Source: Clostridiales bacterium (GTDB lineage: Bacteria; Bacillota; Clostridia; Oscillospirales; Acutalibacteraceae). Taken from it: 64,000 bases of DNA. Location: contig JAIKWV010000035.1 in NCBI GenBank assembly GCA_024684435.1, positions 4,343-68,342 on the forward strand. The letters run 5' to 3'. Numbering within the stretch: the first letter of the stretch is position 1; each line of letters opens with the position of its first letter. The notes under the pieces were generated by a model. It ran no database searches. It had not been told where the DNA came from and saw only the letters and a list, made by a program, of their open reading frames with translations. Both the position numbers and the translations under genes were made by a program. This document shows, in pieces, positions 61,170 through 64,000 of this stretch.

Positions 61170-61754
61170 TCAGAAAATAATAGAGCAGATCTTCTCCTTG
61201 AGCTCATCGCGCTTTTCGTCAATAAGCGCGTCAACCGTGCAGTTGATCTCTATGTCTCCGTAAACAAGTATAAAGCCGTCGGAAATATCGGCGGGTTTGT
61301 CGGAGACAGAAATGTTTCTGTCGCTGAGCTTTGAGTTTATGTTCTTTTCAAATCCGTCAGGCAGGCGCTGCAGGTCGCCTTTGGACAGGCGCATAACGCC
61401 GCTGCCCGGCATGGCGTTTGATACAGCCAGAGCTGTGAGCGCGGAAAAATATTTGTCCGCAGGTAAATTTTTGATGGCAAGGCTCGCCTGAGCGAGAGCC
61501 TCGTTTATCGCCTCTATCCTGGCGGCAAGCAGGGTCTGTCGGGACTTCTGGTTAGCCGCCGATTCGGCAAGCTCCTTTGCCCGTTCACCCTCGGTCTTGA
61601 TCTCCGCAAGCACCGTCTCATTCACCTTTTCGCACTCATCCTGCGCTGCCTTAAGTATTCTCTCTGCCTTTGCGTTGGCATCGGCAATTATACTTACGCA
61701 TTTTTCGGCGGAATCGTTTCCGATCTTGCCGATAATTTTTTCGAGACCTGTCAT
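61170..61754 (-). CDS. ntpE: V-type ATP synthase subunit E
   Basis: 194 aa. Coiled-coil N-terminus. Operon position supports the call. Confidence 0.85.
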   Translation of the reverse strand: MTGLEKIIGKIGNDSAEKCVSIIADANAKAERILKAAQDECEKVNETVLAEIKTEGERAKELAESAANQKSRQTLLAARIEAINEALAQASLAIKNLPADKYFSALTALAVSNAMPGSGVMRLSKGDLQRLPDGFEKNINSKLSDRNISVSDKPADISDGFILVYGDIEINCTVDALIDEKRDELKEKICSIIF

Positions 61755-61783
61755 AGACTATTTCTCCTATGCGATTATTTCTC

Positions 61784-64000
<2,217 letters not shown>

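Overview
This window looks like chromosomal DNA from a spore-forming Clostridia organism, most consistent with an Oscillospiraceae/Ruminococcus-type genome. The taxonomic call is an inference from three things: Firmicutes gene orders (rplU-prp-rpmA; yabP-yabQ-divIC-yabR), a V-type ATPase operon, and dockerin-like tails. About 55 protein genes, 2 tRNAs and no rRNA or CRISPR are supported. Housekeeping content: lexA with a candidate operator, tRNA-Leu(UAA), the L21/Prp/L27 operon, yajC, sporulation/division genes, hpf, a THUMP RNA methyltransferase, a DagK-type lipid kinase, a ZIP transporter, mnmA, tRNA-Gly(GCC) and an 8-gene V-ATPase operon whose first gene runs off the right edge. Accessory content, left to right:
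- A GH16 and a GH31 glycosidase.
- An AT-rich, apparently decayed two-gene remnant beside tRNA-Leu (an HExxH protein plus a small ORF).
- A 17-kb block of three co-directional secreted giants (about 1543, 393 and 3632 aa). Their dockerin-like tails and cohesin-like modules suggest a scaffoldin/adaptor/cargo set with no enzyme module. This is my best candidate for an undescribed system.
- A 2417-aa cyclic-beta-1,2-glucan-synthase-like membrane protein directly upstream of that block.
- An AbrB-like plus ABC-2 exporter module.
- A secreted lipase and two metallophosphoesterases.
- A GNAT/Gfo-Idh-MocA fusion.
- A cluster of two XRE regulators with two unknown small proteins.
- A short GH127-like protein.
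A family of GC-rich hairpin repeats with a conserved NNGGAA loop and covarying stems occupies three intergenic regions. Several promoters are perfect TTGACA-N17-TATAAT. Many ORF-track starts were moved to downstream starts that carry a Shine-Dalgarno site. All functional calls come from motifs read by eye and remembered family patterns; no searches were run.
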